Origin: Candidatus Saccharimonadota bacterium
GTDB taxonomy: Bacteria; Patescibacteriota; Saccharimonadia; Saccharimonadales; JAGQMS01
NCBI GenBank assembly: GCA_043719125.1
Contig: JAYSUL010000037.1
Span: 1-32,784 of the forward strand
DNA: 32,784 nucleotides
Direction: 5' to 3'
Shown here: positions 6,974-15,643 of the stretch, one piece after another
Position numbering within the stretch: position 1 is the stretch's first letter
Layout of the letters: each line of letters starts with the position of its first letter
Notes under the pieces: generated by a model
Database searches by the model: none
Told to the model about the DNA's origin: nothing
The model's input: the letters and a program-made list of their open reading frames with translations, nothing else
Made by a program: the position numbers and the translations under genes

Positions 6974-9292
6974 ATGGCAACACTCAAAGACTTCAGAGAC
7001 GAACGACTACGCAAATTAGAAGAGTTAAAAAAACTTGGCATTAATCCATACCCAGCCGTGGCCCATCGGACACATACGACTGATATGATAGTGTCTCAGT
7101 TTGCTAGTCTAGAGGGTCAAACAGTTACGATTCCCGGCCGCATAATGTCTATCCGTAAATTCGGAAAGCTCGCCTTTATCGTGATTAAAGATGGTTGTGG
7201 CATAGTTCAATTATTTATCAAAGAAGGTAATGCTTCCGCAGAACCAAATCGCTCAAATTCTGAGCTTCTGATGCCCGGCGAGATAGGTCTACTTGATAGC
7301 GGAGACTTTGTTGAAGCGACAGGTACTGTTATCAAAACTCAGACGGGCGAAATATCGGTTGATGTTTCTAGTCTTCGTATTCTCACTAAAGCGCTACGTC
7401 CTATGCCATCACCCCAGGACGGTTTTACTGATAAAGAGCAACGTCAACGTAGACGCTATATTGATACAAATGTAAATGAAGATGTTAAGCAGAGGTATAT
7501 ACGTAGGAGCAAATTTTGGCAGGCATGTAGGGAGTTCCTGATTCAGGACGATTTCATCGAAATCAACATACCTGTTCTGGAGCACACTACGGGCGGTGCA
7601 GATGCAAACCCGTTTGTCACTCATATGGATGCGCTTGATCAGGACTTTTATCTACGTATTTCACACGAACTTCCACTTAAAAGACTTATAGGCGGTGGTT
7701 ATGAGAAAGTATTTGATATTGGCCCGAGGTTCAGAAACGAGAACTATTCTGATGAGCATTTACCTGAGCACATCGCAATGGAGTGGTATTGGGCTTATGC
7801 TGACTGGAACATGGGCATGGAGCAAGTCGAGAAAATGTTTAGTTTTGTGATGGAGCGCACTTTTGGTAAGACCTCGTTTAATGTGCGAGGTTTTGACATA
7901 GATTTTTCTAAGCCATGGGTAAAACTAGACTACGCCCAGGTTATCAAAGACAATTATGATCTTGATGTGTTCAGCTGCTCAATAAAAGATGTCCAGGCTA
8001 AACTTGCTGAACACAAACTTGAGGTTGAGAAAACAGACAATATCCCCCGTGGTATCGACAAGTTATGGAAAAAGGTACGAGCAACCACCGGTGGTCCTGC
8101 GTGGCTCATCAATACACCGCTATTCATCAGCCCCCTAGCTAAATCCAATGACGATGATCCTAACACAGTCCAAAGGTTCCAGGCTGTAATTGCGGGTAGT
8201 GAGCTTGTTAACGGTTATTCAGAGCTAAATGATCCCCTTGATCAGCTCAACAGGTTTCAGGAGCAAGAAGAGCTCCGTGCCGGTGGCGATGCAGAGGCCC
8301 AGATGCTTGATATTGATTATGTCGAGATGCTCGAGTATGGCATGCCTCCTACATGTGGTTTTGGTATCTCAGAGCGTGTATTTTGGTTTTTTGAGGGGGT
8401 TACTGCTCGTGAAGGAGTACCGTTTCCGCAGCTTCGCACAGAAGTTGATGAGGTAACTAGGGGTATTTATCCGCAGATTGCTTTTTCACCTCACGATACA
8501 AACCAAAAGAAAATCGAGTTACCAAAAGGTGATCTTCCGGTTTCAGCTGTCGAGCAGGGTACTAAAAAGTTATATCTCGATGACTATTCACTTCTGGAAT
8601 GTGATTCGGTAGTTGTTTCGACAGAGGATCTGGGCGAGGGATCGTTACGTCTTATCCTAGACCAAACGTGTTTTTACCCAGGCGGTGGTGGGCAAAATCA
8701 TGATCTTGGAGTGATCTCATGGGATGATGGGTCTTTACAGATCGAAAGCATTACAAAAGACAAAGAAGGTGTTGTGTATCATGACGGAATCCTGGAGGGA
8801 GTGATTTGCGCCGATGGATCCTCGGTCCGTAGCTTCGTTGATTCAGATCGGAGATTACTAAATTCTCGCCTGCATAGCGCTGGGCACTTGATTGACTACG
8901 CAGTTCTAAAAGCTGGAAAAAGCTGGAAAAGCGGGAAAGGTGCGCACTATCCAGATATGAGCTTTGTGGAGTATTCTGGTGATTTCTCTGACCAGGACCC
9001 TGTCGACTTACCGCCTAAAATTGAATCTATACTTCACGACTATATAAATAATGGTGGAGGTGTCTCGGTTGCACGCGTGCCGAGTGAAAAAGCTAGCGAG
9101 TTTTCTGAGTATATCCCAGAATATGTGATTAAAAGCTACCAAAATGTACACATCGCGTCATACCCTGATAATTTCAACATTTGCTGTGGCGGAACACATG
9201 TATCTGATGTATCGCAAATCGGTAAAGTTGTTATCACAAAGATCAAGAAAAAAGACGGTCAGATCCGCGTAAGCTACGAACTAGGTTCCTGA
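6974..9292 (+). CDS. lysS: Class II lysyl-tRNA synthetase fused to a C-terminal AlaX-type (tRNA_SAD) editing domain
   Basis: Residues 1 to about 495 carry an OB anticodon domain and a class II core (RRRYIDTNVN, GGADANPF, LRISHELPLKRL, FRNENYSDEHLPEH, GFGISERV). From about residue 537 the sequence is AlaX-like: LYLDDY, LDQTCFYPGGGGQ, HSAGH (nt 8873-8887) and CGGTH (nt 9185-9199). The ORF is uninterrupted. Confidence 0.9.
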   Translation: MATLKDFRDERLRKLEELKKLGINPYPAVAHRTHTTDMIVSQFASLEGQTVTIPGRIMSIRKFGKLAFIVIKDGCGIVQLFIKEGNASAEPNRSNSELLMPGEIGLLDSGDFVEATGTVIKTQTGEISVDVSSLRILTKALRPMPSPQDGFTDKEQRQRRRYIDTNVNEDVKQRYIRRSKFWQACREFLIQDDFIEINIPVLEHTTGGADANPFVTHMDALDQDFYLRISHELPLKRLIGGGYEKVFDIGPRFRNENYSDEHLPEHIAMEWYWAYADWNMGMEQVEKMFSFVMERTFGKTSFNVRGFDIDFSKPWVKLDYAQVIKDNYDLDVFSCSIKDVQAKLAEHKLEVEKTDNIPRGIDKLWKKVRATTGGPAWLINTPLFISPLAKSNDDDPNTVQRFQAVIAGSELVNGYSELNDPLDQLNRFQEQEELRAGGDAEAQMLDIDYVEMLEYGMPPTCGFGISERVFWFFEGVTAREGVPFPQLRTEVDEVTRGIYPQIAFSPHDTNQKKIELPKGDLPVSAVEQGTKKLYLDDYSLLECDSVVVSTEDLGEGSLRLILDQTCFYPGGGGQNHDLGVISWDDGSLQIESITKDKEGVVYHDGILEGVICADGSSVRSFVDSDRRLLNSRLHSAGHLIDYAVLKAGKSWKSGKGAHYPDMSFVEYSGDFSDQDPVDLPPKIESILHDYINNGGGVSVARVPSEKASEFSEYIPEYVIKSYQNVHIASYPDNFNICCGGTHVSDVSQIGKVVITKIKKKDGQIRVSYELGS

Positions 9293-9329
9293 GCTGGCAA
9301 AATCTACTACAGTATTCGATCGATGCACT

Positions 9330-9338
9330 TGGTACAAT
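9330..9338 (+). promoter_or_regulatory. Extended -10 element (TGGTACAAT) upstream of the helicase gene
   Basis: It ends 9 nt before the ATG at 9348. There is no Shine-Dalgarno. Confidence 0.35.
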
Positions 9339-9347
9339 TGAGTACAG

Positions 9348-10880
9348 ATGAAACAGGCACATGCACTTGGGATTTTGGCGGAGGGGAAGTCGGTATTTTT
9401 AACCGGCCCTGCTGGTAGTGGTAAAACGTATGTCCTGAACCAATTTGTACGCTACGCTAGAGATAACGGTAAAAAGGTTGCCGTCACTGCTAGTACCGGT
9501 CTAGCTGCTACACACCTCGGGGGCAATACGATCCACTCGTGGGCAGGGATTGGTATCCACGACGAAGTCAAAAAATATATGATCGCCGAAATGAGCAAAA
9601 CACGTCGAGATCAGATCGTTGGTGCGGATATACTGGTGATTGATGAGGTCTCTATGCTTCATGACTACCGTCTCGATATGGTCGAGCAGGTCTGTCGTGA
9701 AGTTCGGGGTGATGCAGAGCCGTTTGGCGGGTTGCAGGTAGTACTTTGCGGAGATTTTTTCCAGCTACCCCCTATCAACAGAGATGAAGGCAAGCAGGGT
9801 GGGTTTATCGTTAGCTCCCAAGCATGGGAAGACTTGGATCCAGTGATTTGCTATCTCGATGAACAGCATCGCCAGGAAGACGACCAACTACTTGAAATTT
9901 TGACCGCGCTACGGGGTAACGATCTTCGTCGTCGTCACGCTGAAGCGCTTTTGGAGCGCAAAATGTTCAGGACGCCTTTCGATGAGGTTGTAACTGAGCT
10001 ATATACGAGGAACGAAAACGTAGACCGGATAAACGACCAGAAACTTTCAGAGGTCGATGCAGAACTGCATGAATTTGAAATGACACATACCGGTAGGGCC
10101 TCGGGCGTAGAGTCGCTCATGAAAAGCTGTCTAGCTCCAGAAGTACTGAGGCTCAAACAGGGCGCATTTGTGATGTTCGTCAAAAACTCGCTTGAGAAGA
10201 AGTATGTTAACGGTACCCTCGGAACTGTTGTAGATTTTGAGAATCTCACCGGTTATCCGGTTGTGCAAACAAAAGATGGTAAAACAGTTACAGCAAAACC
10301 AGATACTTGGGAGCTTCGTGATGGTGAAAAAAAGATAGCTAGCATAAGTCAGATACCACTTCGTTTGGCATGGGCAATCACTGTCCATAAAAGCCAAGGT
10401 ATGACACTGGATGGGGCACACATTGATCTATCCAATGCCTTTGTACCTGGTATGGGTTATGTTGCGCTTTCTAGGGTCAAAACACTCGCATCTTTAACAC
10501 TAGGTGGTCTTAATAAAATGGCGCTTACGATGAATATGGAAGCTGGTGAGATTGATAAAAAGTTACGTAAGAAATCATCGAGTGACGAAGAAAAACTAAA
10601 GCACCTCGCAAAAACTTGGGACAAACTTGTAAAGAAGAAGCCAAAGAAAAAGGAATCATCCGGTGACTGGGCTGAGAAACTTAGCAAGATGCGCGAAGGC
10701 CACCCAAATGCCTATATGCCATGGAAAGATCTCGATGATCTACGTCTTGTCAAAAAAGCTACTGAGGGTATGACAATCAAAGCAATGAGCAAAGACTTTG
10801 GTAGGCACGAGGGAAGTATACGCTCAAGGCTAGAGAAGTTGCTGGGCGAAGAATGGCTTAGCAAAACTAGCAAGAAATAG
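9348..10880 (+). CDS. PIF1/RecD-like SF1 DNA helicase with a basic linker and a C-terminal HTH-like domain
   Basis: Walker A is GPAGSGKT and Walker B is LVIDEVSM. Other helicase motifs are CGDFFQLPP, AITVHKSQG and GYVALSRV. The C-terminal tail has a KKKPKKK stretch and a helical module (MTIKAMSKDFGRHEGSIRSRLEKL). Confidence 0.85.
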   Translation: MKQAHALGILAEGKSVFLTGPAGSGKTYVLNQFVRYARDNGKKVAVTASTGLAATHLGGNTIHSWAGIGIHDEVKKYMIAEMSKTRRDQIVGADILVIDEVSMLHDYRLDMVEQVCREVRGDAEPFGGLQVVLCGDFFQLPPINRDEGKQGGFIVSSQAWEDLDPVICYLDEQHRQEDDQLLEILTALRGNDLRRRHAEALLERKMFRTPFDEVVTELYTRNENVDRINDQKLSEVDAELHEFEMTHTGRASGVESLMKSCLAPEVLRLKQGAFVMFVKNSLEKKYVNGTLGTVVDFENLTGYPVVQTKDGKTVTAKPDTWELRDGEKKIASISQIPLRLAWAITVHKSQGMTLDGAHIDLSNAFVPGMGYVALSRVKTLASLTLGGLNKMALTMNMEAGEIDKKLRKKSSSDEEKLKHLAKTWDKLVKKKPKKKESSGDWAEKLSKMREGHPNAYMPWKDLDDLRLVKKATEGMTIKAMSKDFGRHEGSIRSRLEKLLGEEWLSKTSKK

Positions 10881-10926
10881 CACTTCAGGAGTATGCTGGG
10901 AACATCTAAGCGAGGTATAGCTATAA

Positions 10927-11685
10927 ATGAATACTCAGAGTAGAAAAGTTAGCAGTGGTGTACTTGTACTTTTGTTGGTTGTGCTGGCTGGAAGCATGAT
11001 CGGAGCAATCGGTTACTGGTATGGCACGAGAGAAAGTGCAACTAAGTCGGTCATGAGAGAACCAGATACTAGACCCGAGAAAAAAGCTGATGATAGCAAT
11101 CCCAGTTCTTTAGACCCAAGCGGATACATCCCATGTCCAAGTATTGATGAATATATACTATATCAGGATCAGACCGGACTGGAGTTTTGCTATCCTATTT
11201 CCTGGGGTATTGCCGGTGGAGGAAATGTACCCGAATCACAGAGTATTGAAGGTGCTGCATATGAGGTCACTTTTCCCGGTAATGATGAAGTTACAATCTC
11301 CTCAGCGACCGTTGATTATATAAACACAATAGGTCGTGACGGACGTTGCGAAGATCCAGAGAACACGCCTCCAAACTTCGGCTTATATAGCACAAACTGG
11401 GTTAAAGATTCTGCTGATAGTGAGTTGACCGCAGCGGTTCGCTACCCATTAAAGAAAGATGGTGTTTATCTTATACAAGAAAACGTTAATTCCTTCTTCT
11501 TTGGCCTTTGCTACAGTGCACTAGTTAATCAATCAGGTACAGCCTATCCTGTAGTAAAAGTCGCTTTACGCCGCGAATTAGGCTCTGTAACTCCTCTGCA
11601 ATATACAGAAAACCCTGAAGTTCTGCTTACTGCCGCAGAGAAAGCAGAGTTCCTCACTGTTGTAGAGACAATGCGTAAACCGTAA
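10927..11685 (+). CDS. Hypothetical membrane-anchored exported protein
   Basis: A single N-terminal TM helix (VLVLLLVVLAGSMIGAIGYWY) is followed by a charged linker and a globular region. A GAGG Shine-Dalgarno is present. I recognise no family. Confidence 0.6.
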   Translation: MNTQSRKVSSGVLVLLLVVLAGSMIGAIGYWYGTRESATKSVMREPDTRPEKKADDSNPSSLDPSGYIPCPSIDEYILYQDQTGLEFCYPISWGIAGGGNVPESQSIEGAAYEVTFPGNDEVTISSATVDYINTIGRDGRCEDPENTPPNFGLYSTNWVKDSADSELTAAVRYPLKKDGVYLIQENVNSFFFGLCYSALVNQSGTAYPVVKVALRRELGSVTPLQYTENPEVLLTAAEKAEFLTVVETMRKP

Positions 11686-11747
11686 CTACACTTGTCATGT
11701 CCATTAGCTTGGTATACCATAAGCAGTAATAAAGGAGTTTTAGTTAT

Positions 11748-12554
11748 ATGAGCCACCCAGAGAACAAGGATCAGTTTGTCCCAACACCACCAGCAAGCGG
11801 AGAACCCCATACGCCGATGCATACCCCATCACCGGCTATGCCAGCGGCATCCGGAGCAACAGTACCACTAGAGAGTACTACGAGTGGTATGGCTATCGCT
11901 GGTCTCGTCTGTGCATTTATAGCACCGTTGTTTGGCCTGATATTTTCGATCATCGGCCTAAACCAAACAAAGGACAACAAGCGTGGAGGTAGAGGCCTTG
12001 CAGTAGCTGGTTTGGTCATTAGTATACTGGGTATGTTGGCTACACTATTTTGGGTTGTCATCTTTATAATTGCTGCTGTATCTGACACAAACACAAATGA
12101 CTATAACTATACAAGCTCAAACTCTAGTTCACTTAGCTCATTAAACTCAGATGAGACAAAGGTTGTGAGCGGTAAAGTAGCCGAAACAGTCACGGTTGAA
12201 GATATACAGCTAACCGTCAAAGAAGTAAAGCGTGGCTACGTTGCCGAGAGTGAATACTACAAGCCAGATACAGGCAAGGAATATATTGCTGTAAATGTTG
12301 ATCTTAAAAACAATGGATCAGAAAGCAAGACTTTCTCAAGCTTTAGTTTCAAGGTTAGAGATAGCGCAGGCCTAGAGCTTAATGACGCATATGTAGGATC
12401 AATTACTGGTGAATTAGAGTCGGGCAGTCTATCGGCAAATGGCGGTACGACAAGTGGGATTATAGTATTTGAGGTACCGCAGTCCGACACGAGCCTAACG
12501 CTAATATACGAGCCGTCATATTTCGGTAGTGAAGTCGCTGAAATCAAACTATGA
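11748..12554 (+). CDS. Membrane protein with a DUF4190-like TM hairpin and a C-terminal DUF4352-like beta-sandwich domain
   Basis: It has a Pro-rich N-terminus, two TM helices separated by NQTKDNKRGG, a Ser/Asn-rich linker, then KEYIAVNVDLKNNGSESKTFSSFSFKV...GIIVFEVP, typical of DUF4352. A strong AAGGAG Shine-Dalgarno is present. Confidence 0.7.
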   Translation: MSHPENKDQFVPTPPASGEPHTPMHTPSPAMPAASGATVPLESTTSGMAIAGLVCAFIAPLFGLIFSIIGLNQTKDNKRGGRGLAVAGLVISILGMLATLFWVVIFIIAAVSDTNTNDYNYTSSNSSSLSSLNSDETKVVSGKVAETVTVEDIQLTVKEVKRGYVAESEYYKPDTGKEYIAVNVDLKNNGSESKTFSSFSFKVRDSAGLELNDAYVGSITGELESGSLSANGGTTSGIIVFEVPQSDTSLTLIYEPSYFGSEVAEIKL

Positions 12555-13234
12555 AGACAGCCGTAATTACGGGTGTATCATCAGGTATAGGTCAAGCAAT
12601 AAAAATGCAGCTTGAGAACGACGGCTGGAAGGTTGTGGGTATATCCCGCCACCTACCACTCGATGACGTAGGATATGAAGTAGATCTGTCGCACCTTGAG
12701 GCGGTTGAGCCTGTTGCTACGAGAGCAGGTGAAGAGCATGGGCCAATTGATGCATTCTTTCATGTTGCAGGCGTATGGCACGATGAAAATGCTGTTTTGG
12801 CTGGCAAGAAGCTTCATGAATTTACTACATCTGAGATTACCAGGACTATGAACGTCGGGGTCACTAGTGCAATGGTCTTCTCTGCGCGCCTACTACCGTT
12901 TATGGTAGATGGTGGAGCAATGGTCTATATATCTGGCACATTCCAGGATGGTGGAGCAAATTGGCTTCCGTACTATACTAGCAAGCGCGCACTCGAAGAT
13001 TTTATTACTGGGCTTGCATTAGATGAGCAACGAGTAAAGGTCATAGGCGTATCTCCAGCTGATACAGCTACGGAAGCATATAAAAAGTTTTATCCCGCGT
13101 CTAGTAGTACTGCTCAATCACCTGAAATTGTGGCTAAAACATGTATAGATCTGATCAGCGGAAAGTTGCCATCTGCGTCTGGAACGATTGTGGAAGTCAA
13201 AAATGGTTTACCAGGTATGGGCTATCATCGTTAG
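12551..13234 (+). CDS. Short-chain dehydrogenase/reductase (SDR) family oxidoreductase
   Basis: ITGVSSGIGQAI matches the TGxxxGxG cofactor motif, and YYTSKRAL matches the YxxxK catalytic motif. It overlaps the upstream gene in an ATGA. Confidence 0.85.
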   Translation: MKTAVITGVSSGIGQAIKMQLENDGWKVVGISRHLPLDDVGYEVDLSHLEAVEPVATRAGEEHGPIDAFFHVAGVWHDENAVLAGKKLHEFTTSEITRTMNVGVTSAMVFSARLLPFMVDGGAMVYISGTFQDGGANWLPYYTSKRALEDFITGLALDEQRVKVIGVSPADTATEAYKKFYPASSSTAQSPEIVAKTCIDLISGKLPSASGTIVEVKNGLPGMGYHR

Positions 13235-13347
13235 AGGTTGACCAAGCTTCACCGCGCGTATATCAAAAATATGTGCACATTTTGTACTCGATAGTTTACC
13301 CTCAACAATGATATACTTAATTGAGCATATAAATTGGGGTAACAACA

Positions 13348-14091
13348 GTGTTAGAGATCAAGAATGTTTCGAAAACATATGGGAAAAAAGATGCCAGATT
13401 CAAGGCACTTGATAATGTCTCTTTTGCTGTCCCCGAAGGCACCATAGTAGCAATTATTGGCAAAAGTGGGTCTGGTAAGTCAACTCTTATGCACGCGATG
13501 AGCGGTCTTGATTCATTAGACGAGGGTAAAATAATTTTTCACGGCAAAGATATTCAGGCCATGAAGCAGAAAGTATCCGAAAAGTTTCGCGCTACTGAAA
13601 TGGGTTTTATATTTCAGTCATTTTTTATTGAGCCAAATCAAAGTGTCTACCAAAATGTAATGTTGCCACTTGAGATAGGCGGGATCAAAGTCAGCAAACG
13701 AAAAGAACTTGTTTTAGCGGCCCTTGAAAGTGTTGAGCTATTGGATAAGCAAAAAAATCGTGCACGCGACTTGTCGGGAGGCCAAAAGCAACGGCTGGCC
13801 ATTGCGAGAGCTATTGTTCATAAGCCAAAACTTATATTCGCCGATGAGCCTACTGGCAATCTAGACTCCCAAACAGGCGAGAGAGTCGTACAGTTACTAT
13901 TTGATCTGAATAAAACAATGGGTAGCACGCTCGTGATCGTGACTCATGACCATGAGCTGGCCAATAGGTGCCAGATAAAGGTGGAACTTGCTGACGGCAA
14001 GGTCAAGGCGATATCGAGAGCACGTACGGCAGCCGAAAAAAACATACAAGCACAAGCCCAAAAGCTCACGCCTGCAAGGAGGGTAGTTTAA
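13348..14091 (+). CDS. ABC transporter ATP-binding protein (MacB/LolD/FtsE-like)
   Basis: The start is GTG. Walker A is GKSGSGKST, the signature is LSGGQKQR, and Walker B is LIFADEPTGNLD. It is adjacent to an FtsX-domain permease. Confidence 0.9.
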   Translation: MLEIKNVSKTYGKKDARFKALDNVSFAVPEGTIVAIIGKSGSGKSTLMHAMSGLDSLDEGKIIFHGKDIQAMKQKVSEKFRATEMGFIFQSFFIEPNQSVYQNVMLPLEIGGIKVSKRKELVLAALESVELLDKQKNRARDLSGGQKQRLAIARAIVHKPKLIFADEPTGNLDSQTGERVVQLLFDLNKTMGSTLVIVTHDHELANRCQIKVELADGKVKAISRARTAAEKNIQAQAQKLTPARRVV

Positions 14092-15474
14092 ATGAAGTTA
14101 TACGATCTAGTTAGAAGGGCCTCTAGGAGCCTCAAGAGCGCAAAGGTACGGACGCTACTAACCTCGTCAGCCATCGGTGTGGGTGGGTTTGCTCTAGCGA
14201 TGACATTTGCAGCCAGTAATGGTATTACCAATTACGCAAACAACTTAATAAGTTCAAACTTTGATCCTAGTGAGCTAATCGTCGCAAAGGACTTTCAGCT
14301 ATTTGGCAAAGATCGCTCTACGGGACCTAGAGAATATAGCGATAGCGTAGTGGAGCAGGGCGGGTTTAAGGTAGAGACATTGACTCTCGACGATCTGGCG
14401 GTTCTGTCAAAGACAGATGGTGTGGAATCGGTCAAAGAAGTATATGAGATTAGTCCACAGTATGTGACCCGTGATGCAGAATCAAAGAAGTATAACTCAA
14501 CTATCTCGAGCTATAGCGCAGGTCAGAAGCCCGTACTGTCATATGGGTCACTGCCGGATGGAGATCTACCCGAAGGTCAGGTAATTATTCCTGATGATTT
14601 TTTGAATGCATTCGGATTTGTTGACGCTCAGGATGCGGTAGGTAAGAGTATCGTCGTAGTGATGCGCAAAAGCAGTGCTACCCAGCCAACTCCAGAACAG
14701 TTTCAGGCTGCTATTGCCACTGCGGGTGGGAGTATAGAAGCTGCTACTAAAGAACTCAGTAAGACTGCTTTTGAAACTAAGGAGTATAAACTGACTATAA
14801 CTGCGGTCACCAAAAAAGCGGCAACAGAGTTAAATTTCGCGGCAAAACCGCTTCTCGTTGGTTTTACGCAAGCTAGAGTCATGACTGAATTTATTACAAA
14901 GGATACACCGAGCTACCAAAAGTACGCTGTAGCATACGTACGCGTTAAAGACGGTGCTACAAAGTCAAACCGTCAGGCAGTGCAAGACAAGCTAGCTGGG
15001 CTGAACTATAACGTACAGAGCGTTGAAGACACGCAGAAGTTCCTGCTCGACATAGTAAAGTTCCTGACGATTGGTGTCAGTGTATTTTCCGTCATATCAC
15101 TAATTGCATCGGTGTTCGGAATTGTAAATACACAGTACATTAGCGTACTTGAGCGTACCCGCGAGATCGGTCTAATGAAATCACTGGGTATGCGTGGTGG
15201 CGATATACTGAAGCTGTTTTCATTAGAGGCTACCTCAATCGGATTCCTTGGTGGTGTGATCGGTATTGTGGTGGCTGTTGGGATGACATTTGTTCTAAAT
15301 CCGGTACTAAATAAGTCTTTAAATCTTGGTGCCGGAAATGATCTGCTTATTAATAAGCCTGCTCAACTCGGTATCTTGGTTATCGGTTTAATGGCGATCG
15401 CTACTATTGCAGGACTACTTCCAGCAATAAAAGCAGCCAAGCTTGACCCTATCGAAGCCCTACGTACCGAATAA
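14092..15474 (+). CDS. ABC transporter permease, MacB-like (N-terminal TM, large extracytoplasmic domain, C-terminal FtsX-type TM bundle)
   Basis: It is 460 aa. The topology is inferred from the sequence. The REIGLMKSLGMRG motif is typical of the FtsX/MacB permease domain. The start abuts the ATPase stop. Confidence 0.85.
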   Translation: MKLYDLVRRASRSLKSAKVRTLLTSSAIGVGGFALAMTFAASNGITNYANNLISSNFDPSELIVAKDFQLFGKDRSTGPREYSDSVVEQGGFKVETLTLDDLAVLSKTDGVESVKEVYEISPQYVTRDAESKKYNSTISSYSAGQKPVLSYGSLPDGDLPEGQVIIPDDFLNAFGFVDAQDAVGKSIVVVMRKSSATQPTPEQFQAAIATAGGSIEAATKELSKTAFETKEYKLTITAVTKKAATELNFAAKPLLVGFTQARVMTEFITKDTPSYQKYAVAYVRVKDGATKSNRQAVQDKLAGLNYNVQSVEDTQKFLLDIVKFLTIGVSVFSVISLIASVFGIVNTQYISVLERTREIGLMKSLGMRGGDILKLFSLEATSIGFLGGVIGIVVAVGMTFVLNPVLNKSLNLGAGNDLLINKPAQLGILVIGLMAIATIAGLLPAIKAAKLDPIEALRTE

Positions 15475-15643
15475 GTTGGTAGAGCGCATCCATTATCTTG
15501 ACTCATAACTGCGCTTGGCGTCTCATCGTGCTCTCTCACCGTACTTTTGTACGGCTCGGTCTCCCGACGCGACTCTCGCCTTGTTCTGAATTCAAGCTAA
15601 TGAATACTTCACAGTGGAATATTAGTGATTGGCAGGAGAATGA

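Noticed and set aside
13238-13262. Sigma-70 promoter for the ABC ATPase gene, starting from TTGACC at 13238.
   Set aside because: No acceptable -10 hexamer lies 16-18 nt downstream. The best candidates are TATATC and TATCAA at suboptimal spacing, so I did not list it as a feature.
15475-15508. Possible tRNA-Met gene, based on a D-arm-like GTTGGTAGAGCGCA and a CTCATAA anticodon-loop-like heptamer.
   Set aside because: There is no GCTC partner for the D-stem, no acceptor stem, and no T-arm (no GTTCRANYC-like sequence). The spacing between the D-arm and the putative anticodon loop is too long, and the flanking 5-mers do not pair. At most it is a decayed fragment.
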